DNA of 20,000 nucleotides from the sequence record SRR31156797_3432. One strand, given 5' to 3'. The translations under genes were made by a program, and so were the position numbers. Of the stretch, positions 1 through 8,747 are shown one piece after another. The notes beneath the pieces were generated by a model, which saw only the letters and a list, made by a program, of their open reading frames with translations, had not been told where the DNA came from and ran no database searches. Position 1 is the stretch's first letter. Each line of letters begins with the position of its first letter.

Positions 1-879
1 ACAGTAATCACCGGGATAGGGAACTATTACGCAGCTAAATTTCTTATAGGCAGGCTTGGCGACAGGATAGAGTTTAAAGTTGCTGACCTTTCTGATTTCA
101 GCTCAATCTTTGATCTCCGCCATTTAGAAGAGTACGACCTTTCGATAGATTTTGGTCAATGGCCTAGGTTTGACGCTTTTATCAGTATGCTTATCAAGAG
201 TAAATTCAGAGTCGGTTTTAACCGTAAAAAACAGTATAGACACTATAACTATGATCTGGCTGTGGAGCACAGAAGCGACAGGCATGAGCTGAATAATTTC
301 CGTGCGCTGGCAGAGTCCGTTGGTGTTTTCTGCTTATACGGCACAGATATAGACGAAGTGTATATTGAGGTTGAGATAGATGACAACTCGATTTGTATAC
401 ACATGTGCGCATCCGGTTCCACCGGTAAAAAACGTATGTGGGGCATGGAGAAATGGGCGGAGCTGATACGCAAACTGGATGAAAAAGGGTATGAGATAGT
501 TTTTACTGGAACATATTTTGAGAGAGACTATATTGAATCTGTGGCTGGTTTCGCAGGGCTTAAGCACTACAGGATGATGCTTGAGCGGCACTTTGAGGAG
601 CTTGTTCCTATGCTTAAAAAGTGTGAGTATGTTATCTCTGTTGATACTGGGATAGCGCACCTTGCGGCGGCGTGCGGAGCGAGGCTTATTGAACTTCTCG
701 GACCGACTAATCCTGAAAGGTGGGGCGCACAGGGTGATAATGTGACATATGTCAGACCTGTATGTGTAGAAAAGATGCTCGACCTCGGAAACGAGAAAGA
801 TGCAGATTTAGATGCTATGAATAGAATAACAGTTGATCAGGTTTTAATGCAGATTGTTGATTACGGTTCAGGAGAATAA
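1..879 (+). CDS. Glycosyltransferase family 9 (LPS heptosyltransferase-like), 5'-truncated by the window edge
   Basis: Frame is open from position 1 (TVITGIGNYYAAKFL...) into the 187..879 ORF. GT9 motifs seen: HE..NF, KRMWGMEKWAEL, ISVDTGIAHLAAA, LLGPTNPERWG. Confidence 0.85.
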   Translation, partial: TVITGIGNYYAAKFLIGRLGDRIEFKVADLSDFSSIFDLRHLEEYDLSIDFGQWPRFDAFISMLIKSKFRVGFNRKKQYRHYNYDLAVEHRSDRHELNNFRALAESVGVFCLYGTDIDEVYIEVEIDDNSICIHMCASGSTGKKRMWGMEKWAELIRKLDEKGYEIVFTGTYFERDYIESVAGFAGLKHYRMMLERHFEELVPMLKKCEYVISVDTGIAHLAAACGARLIELLGPTNPERWGAQGDNVTYVRPVCVEKMLDLGNEKDADLDAMNRITVDQVLMQIVDYGSGE

Positions 880-880
880 A

Positions 881-2188
881 TTGCGTAAATATTTCATATA
901 TACAATGGGCTGTCAGATGAACGAATACGATACACTTCGTATCGCCTCAGTTTTTGAAAAGATGGGATTCGCTGAAGCAGAAGCTATGGAAGACGGCGAC
1001 TACCTTATATTAAATACATGTAGCGTGAGAGAGAAACCCCAGCATAAGGCTGAATCCGCCATTGGTCGTTTTAGTAAGATTAAAAGAAAACGTCCGGAGG
1101 TGAAGATAGGCTTTTGCGGTTGCGTAGCTCAGCAGGAGGGGGAAGCTCTTCTGAAATGGAATAAGGATATAGATTTTGTTGTGGGAACTGACGGGCTTCA
1201 CCGTCTTGAAGAAGTTGTTGCGCATGTCGAAGCTGGTGAGCGTCTTAGTGACACACAGGTGAACGAAGGCGGTCTTGAGATAGATATTTTCAAACGCAGG
1301 GTCTCTGCATCTTCATTTGTTACCATCATGAAAGGGTGTGATAACTTTTGCAGTTATTGCATAGTTCCGTATGTTCGTGGTCGTGAGAAGAGCAGGAGTG
1401 TTCAGGAGATTATGGATGAGGTGAACTACCTTGCCGATAATGGTGCTAAGGAGATTACTCTTTTAGGACAGAATGTTAACTCTTTCGGTACAAAGCTTGA
1501 TGGTGATATCTCTTTTACAGATCTTCTTCAGAAAGTGAGCGATGTCGAGGCACTTAAGCGTATTAGATTTATGACATCCCACCCCAAGGATTTCTCTGAT
1601 GAGCTTATAGATGTTATGCGTGATAATGATAAAATCTGCGAATTTCTTCACCTTCCGCTTCAGGCTGGGAGTGATTCTGTGCTTAAGAGGATGAACAGGA
1701 AATATACATACGAACATTATAAAGAGAGGATGCTGAGGGCTAAAGAGATGATACCTGAGCTTTCAGTCTCCAGTGATTTTATTGTTGGTTTCCCCGGCGA
1801 GACCGATGAAGATTTTCAGGCGACAATGCGTGCTCTCGAAGAAGTTCGCTACGATATGATATACGCATTTAATTATTCCACCAGACCGGGGACAAAGTCA
1901 GAAGATTTCGAAGATGATGTTCCTCTTGAAGTAAAAAAGATGAGACTTAGTAAGCTTTTAGATACACAGAAAAAAATTATAGCTGGTAATTCAGCAGCTT
2001 ATCAGGATAAAGTAGTAGAAGTATTGGTTGAGGGCACTGCTAAAAAAGGTGTTGATCAATATAGCGGTAGAAACCGTCAGAATAGAGTGGTAAATTTTAC
2101 AAGTGACACTATATTAACCGAGGGTGACTTTGTTAATGTGAAGATCACAGAGCCGAGGCCAAACAGTCTTCTCGGTATTAAGGTTTAG
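881..2188 (+). CDS. miaB: tRNA-2-methylthio-N6-dimethylallyladenosine synthase (radical SAM methylthiotransferase)
   Basis: TMGCQMNEYD, LNTCSVRE and GCVAQ (UPF0004 domain); CDNFCSYC radical SAM motif; C-terminal TRAM domain. Start placed at in-frame TTG 881 after GGAG at 871-874. Confidence 0.95.
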   Translation: MRKYFIYTMGCQMNEYDTLRIASVFEKMGFAEAEAMEDGDYLILNTCSVREKPQHKAESAIGRFSKIKRKRPEVKIGFCGCVAQQEGEALLKWNKDIDFVVGTDGLHRLEEVVAHVEAGERLSDTQVNEGGLEIDIFKRRVSASSFVTIMKGCDNFCSYCIVPYVRGREKSRSVQEIMDEVNYLADNGAKEITLLGQNVNSFGTKLDGDISFTDLLQKVSDVEALKRIRFMTSHPKDFSDELIDVMRDNDKICEFLHLPLQAGSDSVLKRMNRKYTYEHYKERMLRAKEMIPELSVSSDFIVGFPGETDEDFQATMRALEEVRYDMIYAFNYSTRPGTKSEDFEDDVPLEVKKMRLSKLLDTQKKIIAGNSAAYQDKVVEVLVEGTAKKGVDQYSGRNRQNRVVNFTSDTILTEGDFVNVKITEPRPNSLLGIKV

Positions 2189-2198
2189 GGGTAGAGAA

Positions 2199-2600
2199 AT
2201 GTATGAGGTAAAAGTTGCAGGTGTTATCAGAGAGCCGTTAACGTCGAGATATATGCTTATTCTTGATGCTAAAGTCGAAGGGGACGAAGACCTTTTCATC
2301 CCTGTGGGTAAGTTTGAAGCATCAAATATTTCATCTAGGACTTGTCCGGATGGAAAATGTGCGCCCTCACCGTATGATATCCTGAGCCCAATACTTGATT
2401 GTTCTGAGAGTGTGGAATTTGATAAACTTGTTATAGATGACTGTGACTGCGGTATATACACTGCAAAGCTTTATATGAAACTCAATGGTGAAAAGAAAAC
2501 TATGGACTGCCGTCCGTCTGATGGGGTTGTTTTAGCTCTGGACAGGTCTATACCAGTTTTTATAGCAAAGGTACTTACCTGCCCAGAAGAAGTTTTTTAA
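2199..2600 (+). CDS. Bifunctional nuclease / DUF151 family protein (divergent, Cys-rich)
   Basis: IPVGKFEA (cf. IWIGxxEA), GIYTAKL and DCRPSDGVVLAL..IPVFI are characteristic of DUF151. Lies directly downstream of miaB. Confidence 0.8.
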   Translation: MYEVKVAGVIREPLTSRYMLILDAKVEGDEDLFIPVGKFEASNISSRTCPDGKCAPSPYDILSPILDCSESVEFDKLVIDDCDCGIYTAKLYMKLNGEKKTMDCRPSDGVVLALDRSIPVFIAKVLTCPEEVF

Positions 2601-2639
2601 CAATAGTCTGAAATTATTTAAACTATTAGTGCAATTAAT

Positions 2640-3134
2640 TTACTCTGCGCATCCTGTGAGTTCGTAAGGGACTGTTTTGAATGAGCCGAGTGAGTTTGTT
2701 ATAGGGTAGCCAGCAGCCATCCAGCTGTGGATTCCGCCCTTAAGATTAGATACAGTATTAAAACCTAGCTCTTTCAAAGAAGCAGCAGCCATAAGACCTC
2801 TGGTTCCTTTCTTGCAATAAATTATTATGTTCTGATCAGGCTTGATAGCACCTTTAAAAGCGATAATATCTACAAGACCTCTAGGGGAATGCATGAAGTT
2901 AGCAGCTTCGATTTTACCCGCTTCCACTTCATTCTTCTCACGGACGTCGATTAGAAGGAATTCTTTCTTGTCTTTGTTCATCTGCATGAGTTGCTCTGGT
3001 GTAATCTCCTCAACAAGTTTCATAGCAGCTTTCTTTTTAGCTTTGAAAAGATCAGCCGGGGAAGCAGCAAATGCGCTCACCGCAAAAAGAGTAAGAACCG
3101 CAACGGCAACAATTTTTAAAATACGTGTGTTCAT
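2640..3134 (-). CDS. Exported single-domain rhodanese (sulfurtransferase)
   Basis: Sec-type signal peptide ending in AFA-A; LIDVRE..E, IIIYCKKGTRG active-site loop and LKGGIHSW motif. AGGAGG SD on the minus strand at 3143-3148. Confidence 0.9.
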   Translation of the reverse strand: MNTRILKIVAVAVLTLFAVSAFAASPADLFKAKKKAAMKLVEEITPEQLMQMNKDKKEFLLIDVREKNEVEAGKIEAANFMHSPRGLVDIIAFKGAIKPDQNIIIYCKKGTRGLMAAASLKELGFNTVSNLKGGIHSWMAAGYPITNSLGSFKTVPYELTGCAE

Positions 3135-3157
3135 AAAATAAACCTCCTGATAGACAA

Positions 3158-3186
3158 ATTTTATACGCTAATTTTCCCCTTGTAAA
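3158..3186 (-). promoter_or_regulatory. Putative sigma70 promoter of the rhodanese gene
   Basis: Minus strand TTTACA (3186-3181), 17-nt spacer, TAAAAT (3163-3158), just upstream of the SD. Confidence 0.6.
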
Positions 3187-3279
3187 TTCAAAGTGGGCAT
3201 AAGCCCATAAAAAGATGATAAAAAATTCACTAATTATTATTGTTAAGGTGGACATTAACAAAACTTAATCAGTAAACAC

Positions 3280-3309
3280 TTTACAAGAAAATGATAAACG
3301 TAATATTAT
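3280..3309 (+). promoter_or_regulatory. Putative sigma70 promoter of the MoeA-like/moeA operon
   Basis: TTTACA (3280-3285), 18-nt spacer, TATTAT (3304-3309). Confidence 0.45.
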
Positions 3310-3353
3310 CCTTATTTATACAACAAACATTTATTTGTTCAAGGACTGTTATT

Positions 3354-4373
3354 ATGAAGAAAGTTTCTGTAGAAGAAGCGGTTGGTCAGGTTCTCGCTTA
3401 CGACATTACCGAGATCAACAAAGATAAAGGAACCAAAGGGCGTGCTTATAAGCGTGGGCATATCATTCAGGAATCTGAACTGGAGCACCTTAAAAGCCTC
3501 GGCAGAAAGACTGTATACATCGAGGATGGTAATGACAGCGGAGTTCACGAGGACGACGCAGCGAAAATTACTGCGCCGCTCGCCGCCGGTGAAAATATTA
3601 ATTACGACAAAGAGCCTGTTGAGGGGAAGATAAGCTTCTTCGCCTCATGTGATGGACTTTTTAAAATAGACGAAGAGCGTCTATACGAGCTTAACCTTTT
3701 AGGGACTACATCCCTCCCTAGTATCCATAACAACCTTTGTGTGGAAGAGGGGAAGCAGGTTGCCGCCTTTAGAATAATCCCGCTCGTGTGTGAAAATGAA
3801 GTTATGGAGAAGGTGAAAGAGCTTTTGAAAACTCCGCTCTTTTATGTGAAGCCATACATAGTGAAGACTGTTTCACTTCTTATCACGGGGAGTGAGGTTT
3901 ATGAAGGGCGCATTCAGGATGGTTTCGGACCTATTTTAAAGGCGAAAATGAAAGCTTACGGTGTGGAAGTTATCGACTACCGTATAGTCAATGACGATAA
4001 AGAGATGGTGGTCAATGCTGTTAAAGAGCTGGCTGAAAAGTCAGATATGGTTATCTCCACCGGAGGGACATCTGTTGACCCTGATGATATTACAGCTCAG
4101 GCGATGGCTGAGGCGGGTGTAGTTTACGAGATGAAAGGGACACCTCTTCAGCCGGGCAACAACTTTACACTCGGCTATTTAGGTGATAAACCAGTGTGTG
4201 CAGTCCCTGCGGCGGCTCTTCACTTTACTGCGACATCGCTGGATATACTTCTACCGAAGATGCTCGCAGGTGAAAAAGTTACTAAGGAAGATTTAGCGAA
4301 ACTTGCACACGGCGGACTTTGCCATTTTTGCAAAAAATGCGTTTACCCGATATGTCCATTCGGAAGGGGATAG
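3354..4373 (+). CDS. Molybdopterin-binding MoeA-like protein with C-terminal Cys cluster
   Basis: VEEAVGQVLAYDIT N-terminus; ITGSEV and STGGTSVDPDD (MoCF_biosynth domain); C-terminal GLCHFCKKCVYPICPFG. Start at ATG 3354 after AAGGA at 3341-3345. Confidence 0.85.
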   Translation: MKKVSVEEAVGQVLAYDITEINKDKGTKGRAYKRGHIIQESELEHLKSLGRKTVYIEDGNDSGVHEDDAAKITAPLAAGENINYDKEPVEGKISFFASCDGLFKIDEERLYELNLLGTTSLPSIHNNLCVEEGKQVAAFRIIPLVCENEVMEKVKELLKTPLFYVKPYIVKTVSLLITGSEVYEGRIQDGFGPILKAKMKAYGVEVIDYRIVNDDKEMVVNAVKELAEKSDMVISTGGTSVDPDDITAQAMAEAGVVYEMKGTPLQPGNNFTLGYLGDKPVCAVPAAALHFTATSLDILLPKMLAGEKVTKEDLAKLAHGGLCHFCKKCVYPICPFGRG

Positions 4374-4377
4374 ATAG

Positions 4378-5562
4378 ATGATTGTAGACAGACATCAAGC
4401 GAGAGAGATACTTTACGGCTCATTTGATAAGCCGGCTATAGAGAAAATATCCGTTAGGGAGAGCCTAGGCAGAGTTCTAGCAGAAGATATAAGGACTGAG
4501 CGTGATTATCCTGATACGAGGAAATCAGCAGTAGACGGCTATGCGCACATCCCAGGCAGTTCCAAATACACCTTGATCGGCGAGACTGGTGCCGGGCGTA
4601 AAGGACCTACTGAGATTTCAGGCAGCGAGACAGTTTTTGTTATGACTGGTGCTACTGTTCCTGATGGTGCTGAGTCTGTTGCCAGGGTCGAAGATTGTGA
4701 AGAATCTGATGGTATAGTTGCTATCCCAGAAATGGGGAGTGGCGAGAATATAAACTCCATTGGCGAGGAGTGTGCAAAAGACACTTTGGTTGCGGAGGCT
4801 GGCAGTGTCATTAATGACGGTCTTTTTCCTGTGCTTTTCTATTTAGGACTCAAGGATATAGACGTTTATAAACGACCGAAGATCGGGATTTTTGTCACTG
4901 GTGATGAGATATTAGAGGTTGAGGATGACTATGTCGAAGGGCTGGTCTTCAACACCAACAGGTACATACTCGAATCTTATTTCACACGCTTCGGATTCGA
5001 TTTTGAATACTACGGACACGTTAAAGACAACCGTGAAGATGTGGCTAAAGCTTTCGATGAGATGAGTAAAAAGTTTGATATTATCATCTCTTCCGGCGGG
5101 ATCAGCATGGGTAAATACGACTTTGTTAAAGATGTTTTCCGCTCATTCGACTACGAAGTAAAATTTGAGCGTACACGCATCAAGCCTGGCAGCCCGTTAA
5201 TGCTCGCAAGTAAGAGCGGGTGCAGTTTTATAGGTATGCCGGGGTATCCTGCTGCTTTTACGACAAATCTTCTGTTTTATGTTTTACCTGCTCTAAGGAG
5301 AGCATACGGTCACTCAGACGCAGAGTTCAAAACAATTGATGTTATCATGAAAAATTCTACCAGAGCTAAAGAGGGTCGCTTTGAGATGAACAGAGCTATT
5401 ATCACTGTCGAGGATGGTAAGTTTTACGCAAGGGATGCGGGAACTCAAAAGACCTCTCATTTCAATACTTTTGCAAATGTGAACGGGCTTTTGCTTTTAG
5501 ACGAAAACAGTGGTTCACTCGAAAAAGGTGATAGAGCGAAAGCACTTTTAGTTAGCGTCTGA
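4378..5562 (+). CDS. moeA: Molybdopterin molybdotransferase
   Basis: SLGRVLAEDI, SAVDGYA, MTGATVPDGA, TGDEI, SSGGISMGKYDFV, IKPG and GMPGYP motifs. Confidence 0.92.
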   Translation: MIVDRHQAREILYGSFDKPAIEKISVRESLGRVLAEDIRTERDYPDTRKSAVDGYAHIPGSSKYTLIGETGAGRKGPTEISGSETVFVMTGATVPDGAESVARVEDCEESDGIVAIPEMGSGENINSIGEECAKDTLVAEAGSVINDGLFPVLFYLGLKDIDVYKRPKIGIFVTGDEILEVEDDYVEGLVFNTNRYILESYFTRFGFDFEYYGHVKDNREDVAKAFDEMSKKFDIIISSGGISMGKYDFVKDVFRSFDYEVKFERTRIKPGSPLMLASKSGCSFIGMPGYPAAFTTNLLFYVLPALRRAYGHSDAEFKTIDVIMKNSTRAKEGRFEMNRAIITVEDGKFYARDAGTQKTSHFNTFANVNGLLLLDENSGSLEKGDRAKALLVSV

Positions 5563-5584
5563 TTGTAAATTAGTCCGATTTTGC

Positions 5585-5613
5585 TTGTAATTGGGCATCT
5601 GTTTAGTTAATAT
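5585..5613 (+). promoter_or_regulatory. Putative sigma70 promoter of nhaB
   Basis: TTGTAA (5585-5590), 17-nt spacer, TAATAT (5608-5613). Confidence 0.55.
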
Positions 5614-5648
5614 TACAGGTTAGTAAAACTAAATAGAGGTGTTTTATA

Positions 5649-7187
5649 ATGAGTTTAGGACTCGCTTTTTCTAAAAATTTCCTTGGAGAGGCTCCGAAAT
5701 GGTATAAAATGACCGTTCTTGCCTTCCTGGTTGTTAACCCAATTCTGCTTTTAGTAGTAGGTCCTTTTGTAACTGGATGGATTATCATCCTTGAGTTTAT
5801 CTTTACACTTGCTATGGCGCTTAAATGTTATCCGCTTCCGCCTGCTGGTCTTCTGGCAATTGAAAGTGTGATAATGGGCTTGACGACACCAGAAACCGTA
5901 TATCATGAAACAGTTGCTAACTTCCCTGTTATCATGCTTCTTATGTTTATGGTTGCTGGTATCTACTTCATGCAGGAAGGTCTACTTTTCTTATTTACGA
6001 AGATTCTTGTGGGAGTAAAGTCTAAGACTTTGCTTTCTCTTATTTTCTCCTTTATGGGCGCTTTTCTCTCGGCTTTCCTTGATGCGCTCACCGTTACAGC
6101 GGTTATCATATCTGTTGCTTACGGTTTTTACGGTATATTTCATAAATATTCCTCGACTCACTCAGCAGAGGAATACAACATTGGCAACGATGACGGAACT
6201 GAATCAAACTATAAAGAAGATCTTGAAAAATTCAGAGCTTTCCTTAGAAACCTCATGATGCACGGTGCTGTTGGTACAGCTCTTGGTGGTGCGACAACAC
6301 TTGTTGGTGAGCCTCAAAACCTTATCATCGGTGAAAAGCTTCACTGGCATTTTGCAGATTTCTTTATTCATTGTGCACCTGTATCCATCCCTGTCCTTAT
6401 CGTAGGACTTATAACTTGTGTTCTTCTTGAGAAGACCAAAATTATGGGCTATGGTGCTCAGCTTCCTGAAAAGGTTCGCTCTGTTCTTGAGGATAAAGTT
6501 AACGAGGATATGTCGAAGATGGATTCGCAAGGTAAGGCAAGGCTTATTGTTCAAGGGGTCATAGGACTTCTTCTCATCGTCTCTCTTGCCCTTCATGTTG
6601 CAGAGGTTGGTGTTATTGGTCTGATGATCATCGTTCTCCTTACTGCTTTTAACGGAGTGATCAGTGAGCACAAAATAGGACATGCTTTCGAGGAAGCACT
6701 TCCGTTTACTGCTCTTCTGGTTGTGTTCTTCGCTATTGTTGCGGTGATCCATGATCAGCACCTTTTCAATCCGGTTATTGAGTATGTTCTCAGTATGCAG
6801 GGTCAGATGCAGCTCTTAGCTTACTACATTGCTAACGGTGTACTCTCTGCAATTTCTGATAACGTTTTTGTTGCTACAGTTTATATCAAAGAGACTTCAA
6901 CTCACTTTAAGGATATTATCCCTATGCTTGGGCATCCTGAAGCAGCGCATACGGCAACTGAGCTTGCTCACCTCGAGCAATTCCAGAAGCTTGGTGTGGC
7001 TATTAACATGGGTACAAACATCCCATCAGTTGCAACACCTAACGGTCAGGCGGCATTCCTTTTCCTTCTTACGTCCGCCCTTGCACCGCTTATCAGACTC
7101 TCTTACATGGAGATGGTTAAGCTTGCATTCCCGTACATGATAACAATGAGTATTACAGGTGGTCTCGCTGTTTGGTATTTTCTGTAA
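5649..7187 (+). CDS. nhaB: Na+/H+ antiporter NhaB
   Basis: [59 protein letters not shown] and [32 protein letters not shown] are NhaB signatures. Many transmembrane segments. Confidence 0.95.
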   Translation: MSLGLAFSKNFLGEAPKWYKMTVLAFLVVNPILLLVVGPFVTGWIIILEFIFTLAMALKCYPLPPAGLLAIESVIMGLTTPETVYHETVANFPVIMLLMFMVAGIYFMQEGLLFLFTKILVGVKSKTLLSLIFSFMGAFLSAFLDALTVTAVIISVAYGFYGIFHKYSSTHSAEEYNIGNDDGTESNYKEDLEKFRAFLRNLMMHGAVGTALGGATTLVGEPQNLIIGEKLHWHFADFFIHCAPVSIPVLIVGLITCVLLEKTKIMGYGAQLPEKVRSVLEDKVNEDMSKMDSQGKARLIVQGVIGLLLIVSLALHVAEVGVIGLMIIVLLTAFNGVISEHKIGHAFEEALPFTALLVVFFAIVAVIHDQHLFNPVIEYVLSMQGQMQLLAYYIANGVLSAISDNVFVATVYIKETSTHFKDIIPMLGHPEAAHTATELAHLEQFQKLGVAINMGTNIPSVATPNGQAAFLFLLTSALAPLIRLSYMEMVKLAFPYMITMSITGGLAVWYFL

Positions 7188-7210
7188 TATTTACTAGATA
7201 ATTAACTTTT

Positions 7211-7243
7211 AAGGGCTCCGTCTAATAGGCGGGGCCTTTTTTT
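7211..7243 (+). terminator. Rho-independent terminator of nhaB
   Basis: AAGGGCTCCGTCT-AAT-AGGCGGGGCCTTT stem (with G-U pairs) followed by a T run. Confidence 0.85.
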
Positions 7244-7265
7244 ATTGGATACATGTCATTATCCT

Positions 7266-7298
7266 TTGACTGAATTTTCAATTTAATTTAAATTAAAT
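7266..7298 (+). promoter_or_regulatory. Putative sigma70 promoter of the diguanylate cyclase, overlapped by an 18-bp palindrome
   Basis: TTGACT (7266-7271), 17-nt spacer, TAAATT (7289-7294). Perfect palindrome ATTTAATTTAAATTAAAT at 7281-7298. Confidence 0.6.
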
Positions 7299-7345
7299 GT
7301 CAGACATATTTATGTTATTATTGGTTAATAACTAACCGGTGGTGT

Positions 7346-8650
7346 ATGAGTACAGACTTTATTTCAGAGATAAAGATTTTTTATGTTGAAGATGAACCAT
7401 TTATCAGAGAGGGGCTGGTTCGCTTTTTAAAGCGTAGAACAGATAATATCCACGTATTTAAGAATGGTAAAGATGCACTGGACGCTTTCGAAGAGCTGAA
7501 ACCTGACCTTATCATTACGGATATTCGTATGCCTGTTATGGATGGTCTGGAAATGTCCAGTAAGATAAGAGACTTGAGCTCTGATGTACCTATAATTATC
7601 ACAACAGGACACAATGACGAAGAGCATCTTTTACGCTCCATAGACATAGGCATCGATAAATACATCAAAAAACCTGTAAGCTTCACTGAGCTTATGGATG
7701 TTATAAAGAAGATCACAGCGAACATTATCCATGAAAAACAGCTCGAAAGGCAGAAAGGTTTTCTGCTTGAGGTTATGGATCTTAACCCTAATTTTGTCAT
7801 AACTACTGACGGCAAGAAATGTACTTATATCAACGAATCCTTTAAGCAGTTTCTAGGTTGCAGCGATGTTGAAGACTACATAGAAAAATATACAAATATT
7901 AAGAGTGTTCTGATTGAAAAAGAGGACGCTTTTTATAAAGATAAGAACCCTATAGAATGGATGAAAGAGACAGTGGATGAGGGGCATCATAACCGTACGG
8001 TGTGGATGAAGCCTAAGTATGCCTCTGATGATGAGGAGACTGTCTGTCTTATGAATGTAAAACCTGTACCAGAGAAGAATGAGTGGCTCTTGTCTTTCGC
8101 TGATGTAACCTTGCTTGAGCGTGAAAAGCAGGTTTACCGTATGCTCGCTCAGCAGGACCCTCTGACAAAGATATATAACAGGACAAAGTTTTTCGAAGAG
8201 GTAGATAAAGAGCTGGACAGGGTTAACAGATATAATCACGATGTCTCTATTATTATGATGGATATAGATTATTTTAAAGATGTTAACGATAAATTCGGTC
8301 ACCTTACCGGGGATAAAGTCCTTGTGGAGCTGACTCAGATAGTTTCAGCTAACATCCGCAAAACAGATGTCTTCGCACGTTATGGTGGTGAAGAGTTTGC
8401 GCTTCTTATGCCTGTGACCGGACCGGAGGGCGCAAAAGAGAAGGCTGATATCATCCGTGAGGCGATAAGCTCTAATAATTTTAATAAAGTTGGCAGAATC
8501 ACCTGTAGTTTCGGTGTCGCAAGTTTTAAAAAAGGTGACACCGTTGATAGTTTTGTTCAGAAAGCAGACATAGCTCTCTACAGTTCCAAGGAGGGCGGGC
8601 GTAATACTGTGAGCATTTTCGAAGAGGGTTCGATAGTCTGTAATCCGTGA
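7346..8650 (+). CDS. Response-regulator diguanylate cyclase (REC - PAS-like - GGDEF)
   Basis: REC: VEDE, ITDIRMPVMDG, KP. GGDEF: DPLT..YNR, DIDYFKDVNDKFGH..GD, RKTD I-site and RYGGEEF active site. Confidence 0.93.
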   Translation: MSTDFISEIKIFYVEDEPFIREGLVRFLKRRTDNIHVFKNGKDALDAFEELKPDLIITDIRMPVMDGLEMSSKIRDLSSDVPIIITTGHNDEEHLLRSIDIGIDKYIKKPVSFTELMDVIKKITANIIHEKQLERQKGFLLEVMDLNPNFVITTDGKKCTYINESFKQFLGCSDVEDYIEKYTNIKSVLIEKEDAFYKDKNPIEWMKETVDEGHHNRTVWMKPKYASDDEETVCLMNVKPVPEKNEWLLSFADVTLLEREKQVYRMLAQQDPLTKIYNRTKFFEEVDKELDRVNRYNHDVSIIMMDIDYFKDVNDKFGHLTGDKVLVELTQIVSANIRKTDVFARYGGEEFALLMPVTGPEGAKEKADIIREAISSNNFNKVGRITCSFGVASFKKGDTVDSFVQKADIALYSSKEGGRNTVSIFEEGSIVCNP

Positions 8651-8661
8651 TTCTTCACACA

Positions 8662-8698
8662 GTTATTTATTGATAAATAACACCTCATATGCTACTTT
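8662..8698 (+). promoter_or_regulatory. Putative promoter of the mqnE operon with a palindrome over the -35 box
   Basis: TTGATA (8670-8675), 17-nt spacer, TG-n-TACTTT (8693-8698). Inverted repeat GTTATTTAT-TG-ATAAATAAC at 8662-8681. Confidence 0.55.
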
Positions 8699-8747
8699 TA
8701 CAACTACTTCTAAAACATGGAATTTCATAATCGGAGTGACCAAAACT

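Noticed and set aside
3135-3353. Moco/Wco riboswitch upstream of the MoeA genes
   Set aside because: Region is very AT-rich, with no multi-stem GNRA-containing structure visible.
3291-3353. Longer N-termini from the ORF track (starts at 854, 3291, 8670, 10528, 12658, 17889)
   Set aside because: Downstream in-frame starts have better SD sequences and match the family N-termini. The extensions overlap promoters or upstream genes.
6204-6761. 185-aa minus-strand ORF
   Set aside because: Antisense shadow of the hydrophobic nhaB coding sequence.
7381-8302. 144-aa and 149-aa minus-strand ORFs
   Set aside because: Lie entirely antisense to the diguanylate cyclase and show no motifs.
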